DNA of 64,000 bases from Geobacter sp. (lineage in GTDB: Bacteria > Desulfobacterota > Desulfuromonadia > Geobacterales > Geobacteraceae), in contig DNRQ01000007.1 in assembly GCA_003499925.1 (NCBI GenBank), forward strand, positions 2,404 through 66,403, in the 5' to 3' direction. This document shows, in pieces, positions 9,875 through 20,567 of this stretch. The translations under genes were made by a program, and so were the position numbers. Each line of letters opens with the position of its first letter. Position 1 is the stretch's first letter. The notes below the pieces were generated by a model. The model searched no databases, had not been told where the DNA came from, and saw nothing but the letters and a program-made list of their open reading frames with translations.

Positions 9875-11248
9875 ATGGCGAAGATATCTGCAATCGTGCT
9901 GGCGGCCGGTATGGGGACCAGAATGAAGTCCGGCTTGGTCAAGGTGATGCACCCGCTGGCGGGCCTCCCGATGATCGCCTGGCCGGTCGCCGCAGCCTTC
10001 GAGGCGGGGGTTTCCGGCTGCGTGCTGGTGGTCGGGCATCAGGAGGAAAAGGTGCGCGCCCACTTCGCGCAGCGGCCGGAGATCCGCTTTGCCGTGCAGT
10101 CCGAACAGCTGGGAACCGGCCACGCGGTCCGCTGCGCCATGTCGGAGCTGGGTGAGGGGGCGGGTACCGTCCTGATCCTCTGCGGCGACACCCCGCTGAT
10201 CACGGCTGCGACCCTGGCGGGGATGCTCCGGGCACATGAGGCAAGCGGTGCCGCCGTCACCGTGATGACCGCGACCTTGGCCGAGCCGTTTGGCTACGGC
10301 CGGATCGTCAAGGTGGCCGATGCATACGTCACGGCGATCACCGAGGAGAAGGACGCCTCCCCGGAGGAGCGGCAGATCCGCGAGGTGAACGCCGGCGTCT
10401 ACTGCGTGGACCGGGAATTTCTCCAGGGGGCCGTGGCCTCCCTCAATAACGACAACGCGCAGGGCGAATATTATCTGACCGACGTGGTGCGTCAGGCGGC
10501 CCGGCAGGGGCTCAAGTGCATGAGTTTCGCCGTGGCGGACGCCGAGGAGATTACCGGGGTGAACGACCGGGTGCAGCTCGCCGAAGCGGGGAGGGTGCTG
10601 CGCGGCCGCATCAACCGGGAGCTCATGCTCTCCGGCGTCACCATGATCGACCCGCAGGCGGTCTATGTGGACCGCGGGGTGCGCATCGGCCGCGACAGCG
10701 TGATCCATCCCGGTGCCACCATCACCGGCGAGACCGTGATCGGTGAGCGCTGCGAGATCGGGCAGGGGGCGCTGATCCGCTCCTGCATCATAGCCGACGA
10801 CGTGGTGGTCAAGGCGGGGAGCGTCATGGAGCAGTCCCTGGTGCGCGAGGCGGTAGCGATCGGACCGATGGCGCATCTGCGGCCGGGGAGCGAGCTGTCG
10901 GCCCACGTCAAGATAGGGAATTTCGTGGAGACCAAGAAGATATTCATGGGAGAGGGGTCCAAGGCCTCCCATCTCACCTACCTGGGAGACGCCACCATCG
11001 GCAGGAACGTGAACATCGGTTGCGGCACCATCACCTGCAACTACGACGGCGTCAAAAAGCATCAGACGGTGATCGAGGACGAGGTCTTCGTGGGAAGCGA
11101 CGTGCAGTTCGTGGCGCCGGTCACGGTGGGGAGAAATTCGCTGATAGCGGCCGGCACCACGGTGACCGCGAACGTCCCCGCCGACTCGCTCGCCATCGCC
11201 CGGGCGCCCCAGGTAAACAAGGAAGGCTGGAAGCTGAGGAAAAAATAA
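9875..11248 (+). CDS. glmU: Bifunctional UDP-GlcNAc pyrophosphorylase / glucosamine-1-P acetyltransferase
   Basis: LAAGMGTRMKS, EQLGTGHAV, GEYYLTD, hexapeptide repeats, SHLTYLGDA; AGGAGG RBS. Confidence 0.97.
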   Translation: MAKISAIVLAAGMGTRMKSGLVKVMHPLAGLPMIAWPVAAAFEAGVSGCVLVVGHQEEKVRAHFAQRPEIRFAVQSEQLGTGHAVRCAMSELGEGAGTVLILCGDTPLITAATLAGMLRAHEASGAAVTVMTATLAEPFGYGRIVKVADAYVTAITEEKDASPEERQIREVNAGVYCVDREFLQGAVASLNNDNAQGEYYLTDVVRQAARQGLKCMSFAVADAEEITGVNDRVQLAEAGRVLRGRINRELMLSGVTMIDPQAVYVDRGVRIGRDSVIHPGATITGETVIGERCEIGQGALIRSCIIADDVVVKAGSVMEQSLVREAVAIGPMAHLRPGSELSAHVKIGNFVETKKIFMGEGSKASHLTYLGDATIGRNVNIGCGTITCNYDGVKKHQTVIEDEVFVGSDVQFVAPVTVGRNSLIAAGTTVTANVPADSLAIARAPQVNKEGWKLRKK

Positions 11249-11317
11249 AATCGTTCCCGGTTCTCGGATCGGGTGGCACTCCTGCCCCCCGGAACGCCCG
11301 GAAATTTCGGAGTCAAA

Positions 11318-13147
11318 ATGTGCGGCATTGTAGGGTATACCGGCAGGCAGGACGCCACCTCCATCATCATCGAGGGGCTTAGAAAGCTTGAGTACCGGGG
11401 TTACGACTCGGCGGGAATCTGCACCATAAGCGGCGGCGCGGCGAGCATCAGGCGCAGCGAAGGGAAGCTGGTCAACCTGGAACGCCTGCTCCTGGCAGAG
11501 CCGGTCGCCGGGTCGCTCGGCATCGGGCACACCCGCTGGGCCACCCACGGCAGACCGTCCGAGATCAACGCCCATCCGCACCAGGCGGGGAGCGTGGTGG
11601 TGGTGCATAACGGCATCATCGAGAACTACCTGCAGCTGCGCGACGAGCTGAAGGCGGCCGGGCATATCTTCAAGAGCGAGACCGACACCGAGGTGGTTTC
11701 CCACCTGATCGAGGAGCGCCGCAAGGTGAGCGGCAGCTTCGAGGCCGCGGTGCGCGAGGCGCTTTTGCTGCTCAAGGGGGCCTATGCGCTTTGCATCGTC
11801 AGCGTGGAGGAGCCGGATGTGCTGATAGCCGCGAAGCTCGGCTCGCCGATGGTGGTAGGCCTTGGAGACGGGGAGTTCTACGTCGCCTCCGACATCCCCG
11901 CGATCCTCGCCCACACCCGTTCCATGATTTTCATGGAGGACGGCGAGATGGCGGTGTTCAGGGGGGGGGCGGCCTATTTCAGCACCGTCGAGGGGGTCCC
12001 GCTCGAGAAGAGTCCGCGCCACATCGACTGGTCCTCGCACATGGCCGAGAAGGGTGGCTACCGCCACTTCATGCTGAAGGAGATCTTCGAGCAGCCCCGC
12101 GCCGTCAGGGACACCATCGCCGGGAGGCTCAGGGAAGAGCAGGGGGACGTCTACCTTGAGGATCTTGCCATGAGCGACGCCGATCTGAACGCCGTGGACA
12201 GGATCTGCATCATCGCCTGCGGCACCTCCTGGCATGCCGCGCTGGTCGGCAAGTTTCTCATCGAGGAGCACTGCCGCGTTCCGGTGGAGGTCGACATCGC
12301 CTCCGAGTTCCGCTACCGCAACCCGGTGATCGACCAGAAGACCCTGGTCATCCTGATCTCCCAGTCCGGCGAGACCGCCGACACCCTGGCCGCCATGCGC
12401 GAGTCGAGGAGGCGCGGCGGCAAATGCGTCGCCGTCTGCAACGTGGTCGACTCCTCCATCGCCCGCGAGGCCGACGGCGTCATCTACACCCATGCCGGGC
12501 CCGAGATCGGAGTCGCCTCGACCAAGGCGTTCGTCACCCAGCTGATTGCCCTTTATCTCTTCACCATCCGTCTGGGGCGTGCCCGCGGCAAGATGGACAT
12601 CGAGCAGGGGAGGGCGCTGATCGCCTCCATCGTAAGGGTCCCCGCCCTGATGGAGGAGGCCCTGAAGCTGAACGAGCAGGTGGAGAGGGTTGCCCGCAAC
12701 TACATGCAGGCCCGCGACTTTCTGTATCTGGGGCGCGGCATGAACTATCCGATCGCCCTGGAAGGTGCGCTGAAGCTCAAGGAAATCTCCTACATACATG
12801 CCGAGGGGTATGCGGCAGGCGAGATGAAGCACGGGCCGATCGCGCTGATCGACGAGCACATGCCGGTCGTGGTGCTGGTCCCCAAGGGGCCGAACTACGA
12901 GAAGGTCTGCTCCAACATGGAGGAGGTCATCGCGCGCGGCGGGCGGGTCATCGCGGTCTGTTCGGCGGGAGACGCCGAGGTGCGGGACAAGGTGGAGGTC
13001 GCGCTGGAGATTCCGCTGGACGGCGAGGAAGTGAGTCCGATCATCCTCTCCATTCCGATGCAGCTTCTGGCCTATCATGTGGCGGTGCTCAAGGGGACCG
13101 ACGTCGACCAGCCGAGGAACCTCGCCAAGAGCGTCACGGTGGAGTAG
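11318..13147 (+). CDS. glmS: Glutamine--fructose-6-phosphate transaminase
   Basis: MCGIVG start, [19 protein letters not shown]-terminal [11 protein letters not shown]. Confidence 0.98.
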   Translation: MCGIVGYTGRQDATSIIIEGLRKLEYRGYDSAGICTISGGAASIRRSEGKLVNLERLLLAEPVAGSLGIGHTRWATHGRPSEINAHPHQAGSVVVVHNGIIENYLQLRDELKAAGHIFKSETDTEVVSHLIEERRKVSGSFEAAVREALLLLKGAYALCIVSVEEPDVLIAAKLGSPMVVGLGDGEFYVASDIPAILAHTRSMIFMEDGEMAVFRGGAAYFSTVEGVPLEKSPRHIDWSSHMAEKGGYRHFMLKEIFEQPRAVRDTIAGRLREEQGDVYLEDLAMSDADLNAVDRICIIACGTSWHAALVGKFLIEEHCRVPVEVDIASEFRYRNPVIDQKTLVILISQSGETADTLAAMRESRRRGGKCVAVCNVVDSSIAREADGVIYTHAGPEIGVASTKAFVTQLIALYLFTIRLGRARGKMDIEQGRALIASIVRVPALMEEALKLNEQVERVARNYMQARDFLYLGRGMNYPIALEGALKLKEISYIHAEGYAAGEMKHGPIALIDEHMPVVVLVPKGPNYEKVCSNMEEVIARGGRVIAVCSAGDAEVRDKVEVALEIPLDGEEVSPIILSIPMQLLAYHVAVLKGTDVDQPRNLAKSVTVE

Positions 13148-13186
13148 GGGTGGAGAGCTGAAAGTCGTAGTAACAATTTGGAGATG

Positions 13187-13218
13187 AAAAGGCCGCTTTT
13201 GCAATAGCGGCCTTTTTT
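13187..13218 (+). terminator. Intrinsic terminator after glmS
   Basis: AAAAGGCCGCT-loop-AGCGGCCTTTTTT. Confidence 0.8.
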
Positions 13219-13292
13219 ATGAGACAAGGCTGATGATGCCTTTGCTGCAGAGGGTCGGCTGTAAAGGTACCGACTAAAGGGAGACCAAACGC

Positions 13293-13469
13293 ATGTTCGA
13301 ATCACAGTACAACGAGGAAATGGAAGCCGAGGTTGAGCGGCTGGAGGCGAAAAAACGAGCGGCGGATGCGGGCCACCCGGAATGGGACAACGCCTGCGCC
13401 GTCTGCGGCGACCAGATTGCCGACACAACTGCCCAGCATTGCAATGGTTGCTCTCTACCAAGGGTTTAA
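13293..13469 (+). CDS. 58-aa small protein with two CxxC pairs (not in the ORF track)
   Basis: AAAGGGAGA RBS; MFESQYNEEMEAEVERLEAKKRAADAGHPEWDNACAVCGDQIADTTAQHCNGCSLPRV. Confidence 0.6.
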   Translation: MFESQYNEEMEAEVERLEAKKRAADAGHPEWDNACAVCGDQIADTTAQHCNGCSLPRV

Positions 13470-13488
13470 CGGGATCGCCTGGAATAGG

Positions 13489-14232
13489 CTAGGTTACCTT
13501 CTTCAAGGGCCAGATCGAGGTGTCCTGCAGTTCCGAATAATGCAAAAGCGGGTGCCCTTCCGGCTTTGGCAACCGCTGCGCTTCCAGCAGGGTCGAACGA
13601 CAGCTGATTAGCTCGGCCGTCTGCAACTTCCACGGGGGATGGAAGATACGGGCACGGTAAAGGTCGTTTCCGGCCGCGGCATACAGGCAGTAGCGCTCCA
13701 CCAGGAAAAATTCCAGCGACTCCGGTTCCGCCTCGCCAACCATATCCCCTTTCAGCCAGGAAACCTTCAACACGGCAGGTTCAGCCGCGGAACCGGCACG
13801 CCTGGAACTGTAGACTATCTTCTCCTTCTCCTCCCGAACGATGATCTCTGCATAACGGTAGGGCAAACGGTAGGCTGCAGAAGCGCCTATGACGGCGAGC
13901 AGGCTGCTTGCGTCCAGAGAAAAGAACCATACCCCCGGCACCCCGTCATGATGAACGTAGGTCCGGACGTTGACTTCATCGAAATCGCTCAGCCAGGGCA
14001 GCGCCGGGAGAAAGGCCGGACGAAGGTTCCTGACCAGGAAGGGGGTTATCCCGACCCACGCCTCGCCATCGAAGGTGTCGATCCGCAACCGCTCGGGAAC
14101 ATGAGGACGCAGCAACTCAGCTGGCAACCGCCAATGCATGAACAGCAGCTTGCGCCACGACTGATACATGAGCGGCAATACCCCGGGACGCTGCCGAATG
14201 GAGAGCCTGTCGATGACATCTGGGCGAGCCAT
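13489..14232 (-). CDS. YqjF / DUF2071 family protein
   Basis: MYQSWRKLLFMHW, EVNVRTYV, GVWFFSLDA, FFLVERYCLY; GGAGGAAGAGG before ATG 14232. Confidence 0.85.
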   Translation of the reverse strand: MARPDVIDRLSIRQRPGVLPLMYQSWRKLLFMHWRLPAELLRPHVPERLRIDTFDGEAWVGITPFLVRNLRPAFLPALPWLSDFDEVNVRTYVHHDGVPGVWFFSLDASSLLAVIGASAAYRLPYRYAEIIVREEKEKIVYSSRRAGSAAEPAVLKVSWLKGDMVGEAEPESLEFFLVERYCLYAAAGNDLYRARIFHPPWKLQTAELISCRSTLLEAQRLPKPEGHPLLHYSELQDTSIWPLKKVT

Positions 14233-14310
14233 ACCTCTTCCTCCAGGATGCTCCATCGATGCGAGCTGGAGCGTCATCCCATCCTCCAGGGCAGCTATGA
14301 CAACGGGGCT

Positions 14311-14613
14311 CTATTCCGAGTCGACCAGGGGCCGTATCTCGCCGGTTTTCCCGCAAATGGGAAAAACGGGCTCTTCGGCCAGCTTCCGGCTATCGCAGAT
14401 CCCGCAGCGCCATTCATTGAAGACCGTGCTGAAGTAAATCGAGTTCCCCTGGTGGTGGATGAACCCCTTGGTGGCGATGTCCCAGACCCCTTGGTGCCCG
14501 CAGCGCGGGCACAAGCCGGGCTCGGCGTTGGAGATCCTGTAGTTGCACGATTTCTCCAGGAGCTGCACTTCGCGGCTGACTATCTCCTGATACTGCTCCT
14601 TGCTCTCATACAT
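14311..14613 (-). CDS. Hypothetical Cys-rich (possible zinc-binding) protein
   Basis: GGAGG RBS; CPRC, CGIC and PICG motifs. Confidence 0.55.
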   Translation of the reverse strand: MYESKEQYQEIVSREVQLLEKSCNYRISNAEPGLCPRCGHQGVWDIATKGFIHHQGNSIYFSTVFNEWRCGICDSRKLAEEPVFPICGKTGEIRPLVDSE

Positions 14614-14910
14614 GGCTGTTCCCTCCAATGGGATCACCGGCTCGCTCAAGCTGCCAAGTCACCCCACGCTGTTTTCTCCATGACATCCCCGGTTAGAAAA
14701 TAATAGGGATAGTTGCTCCATATGCAAGCACCGGGACGGCATTGCCGATATCAGGAGGCCTCTCTTCAAGGATACATTGGCGCAGCGGCGACCGCACCCA
14801 CATTTTCCTTCCGGGAATTCCCTTTTGACCAAAAAGAGGCGAGGTGGTATAAAAGAGGCGCAGCGCACCCCGGGCGGCATCTATAGCGCCGTCAGGCCTC
14901 AAGGAATATC

Positions 14911-17178
14911 ATGAAACTGCTCCACAATCTGAATCCCCCCCAGAAGGAAGCGGTGCTGCACGGCGAGGGACCGCTGCTGGTCCTGGCGGGCGCCGGCTCC
15001 GGCAAGACCCGCGTCATCGTGCACCGCATCGTCTACCTCATTAACGAAAGAGGGGTGCCCCCCTGGCAGATCCTCGCGGTCACCTTCACCAACAAGGCGG
15101 CCGGAGAGATGCGGGAGAGGGTGAAGCAGATCCTCGGGGCAGGGGAGCTGCCGCTGATCTCCACCTTTCACTCAAGCTGCGCCAGGATCCTGCGCCACGA
15201 AATCCGGCACCTGGGCTACGACAGCAATTTCGCCATCTACGACGACAAGGATTGCGAACGGCTCCTGAAGGACTGCGCAGCCGAGCTCAACCTGGACGAG
15301 AAGAAGTATCCCCCGAAGGCGCTCGGCTCGGCGATCGACGAGTTCAAGAACGCGGGGCTCACCCCGGACCGGGTTCCTACCGGCTCTCCCTACCAGGCGA
15401 CCCTCGCCCGGGTCTACGCCCTTTACCAGGAGCGGCTCAAACGCTGCAACGCGGCGGACTTCGGCGACCTGCTCCTCCTGGCGGTGCGGCTTTTCGAGGA
15501 GCACCCCGAGGTGCTCAGGAAGTACCAGGAGCGCTACCGCTGGATCATGGTGGACGAGTACCAGGACACCAACCCGGTCCAGTACCGGCTGGTGCAGCTT
15601 CTGGCCGGCAGCAGGCGAAACCTCTGCGTGGTCGGTGACGACGACCAGTCCATCTACGGCTGGCGCGGCGCGGACATCCGCAACATCCTGGAGTTCGAGA
15701 AGGATTTCCCTGGGGTGAAGGTGGTGAAGCTGGAGCAGAATTACCGCTCCACCAGGACCATCCTGGACGGCGCCTGGAACGTGGTCGAGAAGAACCGCGG
15801 CCGCAAGCCGAAGCGGCTTTGGACCGACAACCCGGACGGGGAGCCGATCGTGTGCCGCACGCTGCCAAACGAGTGGGAGGAGGCCCGCCTGGTCTGCCGG
15901 GAGACGGAGCGCTTCCTCTCGGACGGGGGGGACCTGTCGGAGGTCGCCGTCTTCTACCGGACCAACGCCCAGTCGAGGGTGGTGGAGGACGCCATGGTGG
16001 CGGCGGGGATTCCCTACCACATGGTGGGAGGGGTCCGCTTCTACGCGAGGCTCGAGGTGAAGGACATCCTCGCCTACCTGAAGGTGCTGGACAACCCGGC
16101 CGACGACGTGGCGATCAGGCGCATCATCAACACGCCGCCGCGCGGCATCGGGCACGCCACGGTGGAACGGATCTCGACCTTCGCCGCGGAAAAGTCGATT
16201 CCCTTCTACGACGCCATGCTGGAGGCGGCCGACGGGACCCTCCTGGCCGGCGGGGCGCGCGGCAAGGTGGCCGCATTTGCCGCCGAGCTGGAAAAATACC
16301 GCGAGCTTGCCGAAAGGCTGCCGCTGGCCGAGCTGGCCGCCGCCGTGATCCAGGACTCCGGCTATCTTGCCAGGCTCAAGGCGCTGGGTAGCGACGAGGC
16401 ACGGGACCGGATCGAAAACCTCCAGGAACTGGTGACCGCGATGCAGGTCTTCGACGGCGGCGCCGGCGAAAAGGGGCTCGCCAACTTCCTGGAGCAGGTC
16501 GCCCTGGTCTCGGACCTGGAGCAGGAGGGGGAGGGGAGGAAGTCGTCGGCAACGCTGATGACCCTGCACTCGGCAAAGGGGCTGGAGTTCCCCCTGGTCT
16601 TCATGGTCGGCATGGAGGAGCGTCTCTTCCCGCACCTGAGATCGCTCGAGGATCCGGTCCAGATGGAGGAGGAGCGCAGGCTCTGCTACGTCGGGATGAC
16701 CCGGGCCAAAAAACGCCTGTTCCTCCTCAACGTGCGCAGGCGACACATCTTCGGCCAGGAGCAGATGAACCCGCCGGCGCGCTTCATCCGCGACATCCCG
16801 CAGGAGCTGCTCGATGCCGGGGAGCCGTTTCAGCAGTACGCGACCACCCCGAACAGCAACCAGTTCCAGCAGTACGCCGCCACTGCGTCGGCCGCTCCCG
16901 GGACCGGCGCCATGACCGGCGCCGCTCTCCCCTCGCACAATCTCGCTTCGCTTTTCGAGGAGGAGATCGAGCCCGATTTCGACAACGAGGTGCGCATGGT
17001 GCCGGAGGACCACGAGGAGGGCGTTTTCCTCGGCATGCGGGTGCGCCACGCGCAGTTCGGCCCCGGGATCATCAGGAAGATCGAGGGGGAGGGCGACAAC
17101 CAGAAGGTCATCGTCGGCTTCGCTTCGGTGGGGTTCAAGAAGCTGCTGGTCCGTTTCGCCGGTCTTGAAAGGGACTAG
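14911..17178 (+). CDS. pcrA: UvrD/PcrA ATP-dependent DNA helicase
   Basis: LAGAGSGKTR, TFTNKAA, VDEYQDTN, GDDDQSIYGWRGA, TLHSAKGLEF, EERRLCYVGMTRA, Tudor-like C-terminus. Confidence 0.95.
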   Translation: MKLLHNLNPPQKEAVLHGEGPLLVLAGAGSGKTRVIVHRIVYLINERGVPPWQILAVTFTNKAAGEMRERVKQILGAGELPLISTFHSSCARILRHEIRHLGYDSNFAIYDDKDCERLLKDCAAELNLDEKKYPPKALGSAIDEFKNAGLTPDRVPTGSPYQATLARVYALYQERLKRCNAADFGDLLLLAVRLFEEHPEVLRKYQERYRWIMVDEYQDTNPVQYRLVQLLAGSRRNLCVVGDDDQSIYGWRGADIRNILEFEKDFPGVKVVKLEQNYRSTRTILDGAWNVVEKNRGRKPKRLWTDNPDGEPIVCRTLPNEWEEARLVCRETERFLSDGGDLSEVAVFYRTNAQSRVVEDAMVAAGIPYHMVGGVRFYARLEVKDILAYLKVLDNPADDVAIRRIINTPPRGIGHATVERISTFAAEKSIPFYDAMLEAADGTLLAGGARGKVAAFAAELEKYRELAERLPLAELAAAVIQDSGYLARLKALGSDEARDRIENLQELVTAMQVFDGGAGEKGLANFLEQVALVSDLEQEGEGRKSSATLMTLHSAKGLEFPLVFMVGMEERLFPHLRSLEDPVQMEEERRLCYVGMTRAKKRLFLLNVRRRHIFGQEQMNPPARFIRDIPQELLDAGEPFQQYATTPNSNQFQQYAATASAAPGTGAMTGAALPSHNLASLFEEEIEPDFDNEVRMVPEDHEEGVFLGMRVRHAQFGPGIIRKIEGEGDNQKVIVGFASVGFKKLLVRFAGLERD

Positions 17179-17238
17179 AAAGAGGAGTATAGTCGGGTGG
17201 CAGCGTTGGTATAATGAGAATGATTCAGGAGGTTTGTC

Positions 17239-17979
17239 ATGAAAGTGTTATCGACGGTGATGATGGTTATGCTGCTCCTTTCGGGGTGCACCGCCTATAA
17301 GAGCCAGTACGTCTCCTTCAGACCCCCTGAGGGATATGTGAACCACAGGGAGGTCTCGGGGGTCTCCTTTGGCGGCGAGGCCTACCCGGACCGGAAATCC
17401 GCCGAGAAGGCGTTCGGCTTCGACATCAAGGGTGCCGGCCTCCTGCCGGTGATGCTGGTGCTCGACAACAAGAGCGGCCACAACCTGGAGATCGTCGCGG
17501 CACAGAGTTTCCTGGTTGACGACTCCGGCAACTACTGGCCGGTGGTCCCCAACAACACCGCCTTCGACCGCCTGGACAAATCGACCCAGCTCGCCTCCTT
17601 CTTCGGCCGCGGCGCCGGCAAGGGGGCGGTGCTGGGCGCCGTCGCGGGGGGGCTGCTCGGGACCGCACTGGGGATCGTCTCCGGGCGCAGCGTCGCCGAA
17701 TCTCTCGGCAAGGGTGCCGCGTTAGGCGCCGCAGGGGGTGCCGTCATCGGCGGCACGCAGGAGGGGAGTTCGAGGGAGCGGGAATACAGCATCTCGGACG
17801 ACCTGAGGGACAAGGGGCTGGAGGGGAGGGTGATACCGGACCAGTACCTGGCCAACGGCTTCCTTTTCTTCCCCGGAGAGGCGACCAGCGCCAGGGAACT
17901 GAGGCTGCAGTGGCGGGAGCGGGATACCGGACAGCTGCACAAGTTGACCCTTCCGTTGGGGGGGCCGCGCGGGAGCTGA
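17239..17979 (+). CDS. Lipoprotein with glycine-zipper segment
   Basis: AGGAGG RBS, lipobox LLSGC, GAVLGAVAGGLLG...GAALGAAGGAVIGG. Confidence 0.75.
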   Translation: MKVLSTVMMVMLLLSGCTAYKSQYVSFRPPEGYVNHREVSGVSFGGEAYPDRKSAEKAFGFDIKGAGLLPVMLVLDNKSGHNLEIVAAQSFLVDDSGNYWPVVPNNTAFDRLDKSTQLASFFGRGAGKGAVLGAVAGGLLGTALGIVSGRSVAESLGKGAALGAAGGAVIGGTQEGSSREREYSISDDLRDKGLEGRVIPDQYLANGFLFFPGEATSARELRLQWRERDTGQLHKLTLPLGGPRGS

Positions 17980-18044
17980 TGGTCGCGGGATTGGCGCTGA
18001 TCTGAAGAGGGGCTGAGAGGCCCCTTTTTTCATAGGAGAAACAA

Positions 18045-19085
18045 GTGGAAAAACCTGTCATAGCGGTAACCATGGGGGATCCGAGCGGGATCGGGCCGGA
18101 GATCGTGGCGGCGGCCCTGGCCGATCCCGCCATCGTCTCGGTCTCAAGACCGCTGGTCCTGGGGGACCGGGGTGCCATGGAGCGTGCCATCGCGGTAGCG
18201 GGAGTTTCCCTGGCCGTCGAAACCCTGCAGGGAGGCGTGCCGCCGGTCGAGCCGCGCCCCGGAGTGCTCTATCTGCACGAGCTCTCAAGCCTCAGGGCCG
18301 ATGACATGGCCTACGGCAGGCCGACTGCCGCCGGCGGGGACGCCTCCTTTCGCTACATCTGCCGGGCCGCGCAGCTCTGCCTGAGCGGGAGCGCCCGGGC
18401 CATGGCGACGGCTCCCATCAACAAGGAGTCGATGAACGGGGCCGGGCATCACTTCCCGGGGCACACCGAACTGCTGGCGGAGCTGACCGGAACCAGGGAG
18501 GTGGTCATGATGCTCGCCGGCGATCGCCTGCGGGTGACGCTGGTGACCATCCACGAGGCGCTCTCCAGGGTGCCGTCGCTGGTCAGCTTCGAGCGTGTCC
18601 TCTCGACCATCCGGATCACCCACGACTCGCTTTGCCGCTGGTTCTGCAAGGCGCCGCGCCTGGCGGTCCTCGCCCTCAACCCGCACTGCGGCGAAGGGGG
18701 GCTTTTCGGCAGCGAGGAGAGCCTGGTGATCGCGCCTGCCATCGCAGCAGCCAGGGCGGCCGGCATCGACGCGACGGGCCCGCTCTCCGCCGACACCCTG
18801 TTCCATTTCGCCGCTGCCGGGGGGTACGACGCGGTGGTCTGCATGTACCACGATCAGGGGCTGATCCCGCTGAAGCTGCTGCACTTCGACGACGGCGTCA
18901 ACGTGACCCTCGGCCTTCCCATCATTCGGACCTCGGTCGACCACGGCACCGCCTACGACCTCGCCGGGACCGGGCGGGCCTGCACCGGCAGCATGAAGGC
19001 CGCCCTGCTCATGGCGGCGCAGATGGCGCAAAAGGGGTGCGCCCGGAGCGTTCCCGCTGCCCGGGAAGGCGGGAAAGAGGCATGA
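18045..19085 (+). CDS. pdxA: 4-hydroxythreonine-4-phosphate dehydrogenase
   Basis: TMGDPSGIGPEI, FPGHTE, LNPHCGE, MYHDQGLIP, RTSVDHGTA. Confidence 0.95.
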   Translation: MEKPVIAVTMGDPSGIGPEIVAAALADPAIVSVSRPLVLGDRGAMERAIAVAGVSLAVETLQGGVPPVEPRPGVLYLHELSSLRADDMAYGRPTAAGGDASFRYICRAAQLCLSGSARAMATAPINKESMNGAGHHFPGHTELLAELTGTREVVMMLAGDRLRVTLVTIHEALSRVPSLVSFERVLSTIRITHDSLCRWFCKAPRLAVLALNPHCGEGGLFGSEESLVIAPAIAAARAAGIDATGPLSADTLFHFAAAGGYDAVVCMYHDQGLIPLKLLHFDDGVNVTLGLPIIRTSVDHGTAYDLAGTGRACTGSMKAALLMAAQMAQKGCARSVPAAREGGKEA

Positions 19086-20095
19086 AAGGGATGAGAAAGT
19101 ACCTCTGGTGGGGCACAGGCGCAGTGGTGGTTTATCTGGTGTACCTGGCCGTTTCCCTGTACCTGCTGCCGCCGGTGGATCAGCTCAAGGATCGCAGGGT
19201 CAACCTGACCATCCAGGTGAAGGATTGGCACGGCGATTACCATCCCCTGGTGGTCGGTCCCAGGAATCGCTACTGGACCCCCTCGGCCAGCATCCCCTCG
19301 GAGATGAAGTGGGCGGTGATCCTCGCCGAGGACGCGAGCTTCTACAAGCATGAGGGGATCGACGTCAAGGCCATCAAGGCGGCCATTGCCTACGATCTGG
19401 AGAAAAAGAGCTTCGCCCGGGGCGCCTCCACCATCACGCAGCAGGTGGCGAAGAACCTCTTTCTCTCCCGGGAGAAAACGCTGACCCGGAAGGCGAAGGA
19501 GCTCTACCTGGCGAAACGGATGGAGCAGGAGCTCACCAAGGGGCGCATCATCGAGCTCTATCTGAACGTGATCGAGCTGGGTCCCATGGTGTACGGCATC
19601 GGCCACGGCGCCCAGTACTACTTCGGCAAATCGGCAGCCAGCCTCTCGCCCCGCGAGTGCGCCTTTCTGGCCGCCATGCTGCCAGGTCCGCGCGTCGCCT
19701 ACAACCCCTATAAGAACCTGGGCAAGGTGCTGAAGAGGTCCAACATGATCCTGAAGCTCCTGGCCAAAAAAGGTGTCCTGTCAACGGCCGAGTACCGGAT
19801 GGCACTCGCCGAGGCCCCCAATGTCGGGCGCATGCAGAAGAAGGTGGACGAGACAATCAAGAAGGTCGAGGTCATGGCCAACCTTTCCAGCGCCCGGGCC
19901 GCGGAGCCGCCGGAGCCGGAGGACGAGGCCGGCGAAAAAGAGCCGGGGGGAAGCGCCGCACCGGCGCCTGAACCGTCGCCGCTGCCGTCTCCGTCGCCGT
20001 CTACGTCGCCGCTGCCGTCGCCGTCGCCGCTCCCCGCGCCGGCATCCGGGAACGCGCCCCAAGGCGAAGCTCCGGCGCAGGGGGAGAAGCCGTAA
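19082..20095 (+). CDS. Monofunctional peptidoglycan transglycosylase (GT51) with Pro/Ser-rich tail
   Basis: N-terminal TM, EDASFYKHEG, RGASTITQQVAKNLFL, RKAKE, YLN; start overlaps the pdxA stop. Confidence 0.9.
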   Translation: MKGMRKYLWWGTGAVVVYLVYLAVSLYLLPPVDQLKDRRVNLTIQVKDWHGDYHPLVVGPRNRYWTPSASIPSEMKWAVILAEDASFYKHEGIDVKAIKAAIAYDLEKKSFARGASTITQQVAKNLFLSREKTLTRKAKELYLAKRMEQELTKGRIIELYLNVIELGPMVYGIGHGAQYYFGKSAASLSPRECAFLAAMLPGPRVAYNPYKNLGKVLKRSNMILKLLAKKGVLSTAEYRMALAEAPNVGRMQKKVDETIKKVEVMANLSSARAAEPPEPEDEAGEKEPGGSAAPAPEPSPLPSPSPSTSPLPSPSPLPAPASGNAPQGEAPAQGEKP

Positions 20096-20155
20096 TCACG
20101 CTAGATGGATCCAGATTGACTCCCGGTAGGGTGGGCCCCGCCCACCATTAGATTT

Positions 20156-20319
20156 ACTGATTAGCGCTGATCTTCCGCTGAAAAAACTCCCTCCCCTTCA
20201 AGGGGAGGGTTGGGGTGGGGATGGGGTTAGCTCCGGTGCAAAAACACCCCCATCCCCCCTCCTGACCTCCCCCTTGAAGGGGGAGGGACCTGAACAGCGG
20301 AAGATCAGCGCTAATCAGA
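20156..20319. mobile_element. MITE-like palindromic element with 8-bp target-site duplication
   Basis: Inverted ends CTGATTAGCGCTGATCTTCCGCTG / CAGCGGAAGATCAGCGCTAATCAG; TTAGATTT at 20148-20155 and 20320-20327. Confidence 0.7.
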
Positions 20320-20567
20320 TTAGATTTTACCCGGCGGGAAGGGGCCACCCCAGCTCCTGGAAAACCGGCCGCGTTTCCCCCTCCCTAACCCTCCCCCTCC
20401 GGGGGAGGGAACTGGTTGGCCTCGGCAGACTCTCCTTAGCCGTCCTGTCACCCCCCTCTCATTACCTCCTTAGCCTCTCCTTAGAAAACTCTCCCTCAAG
20501 TTCCCATTAGATTTGCCGAATCGTAATATGACAGATAATCCGGTAATTGCGGGAGAGGTGGCTGGAT

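Noticed and set aside
9854..13204. Long antisense and alternative-frame ORFs (also 3192-4745, 15172-17049, 20583-23171, 51149-53629)
   Set aside because: Shadow ORFs of well-supported genes, expected from high-GC codon bias, with no motifs of their own.
13148..13290. Tn7-like insertion at attTn7
   Set aside because: No tns genes and no recognisable transposon ends; the glmS terminator is intact.
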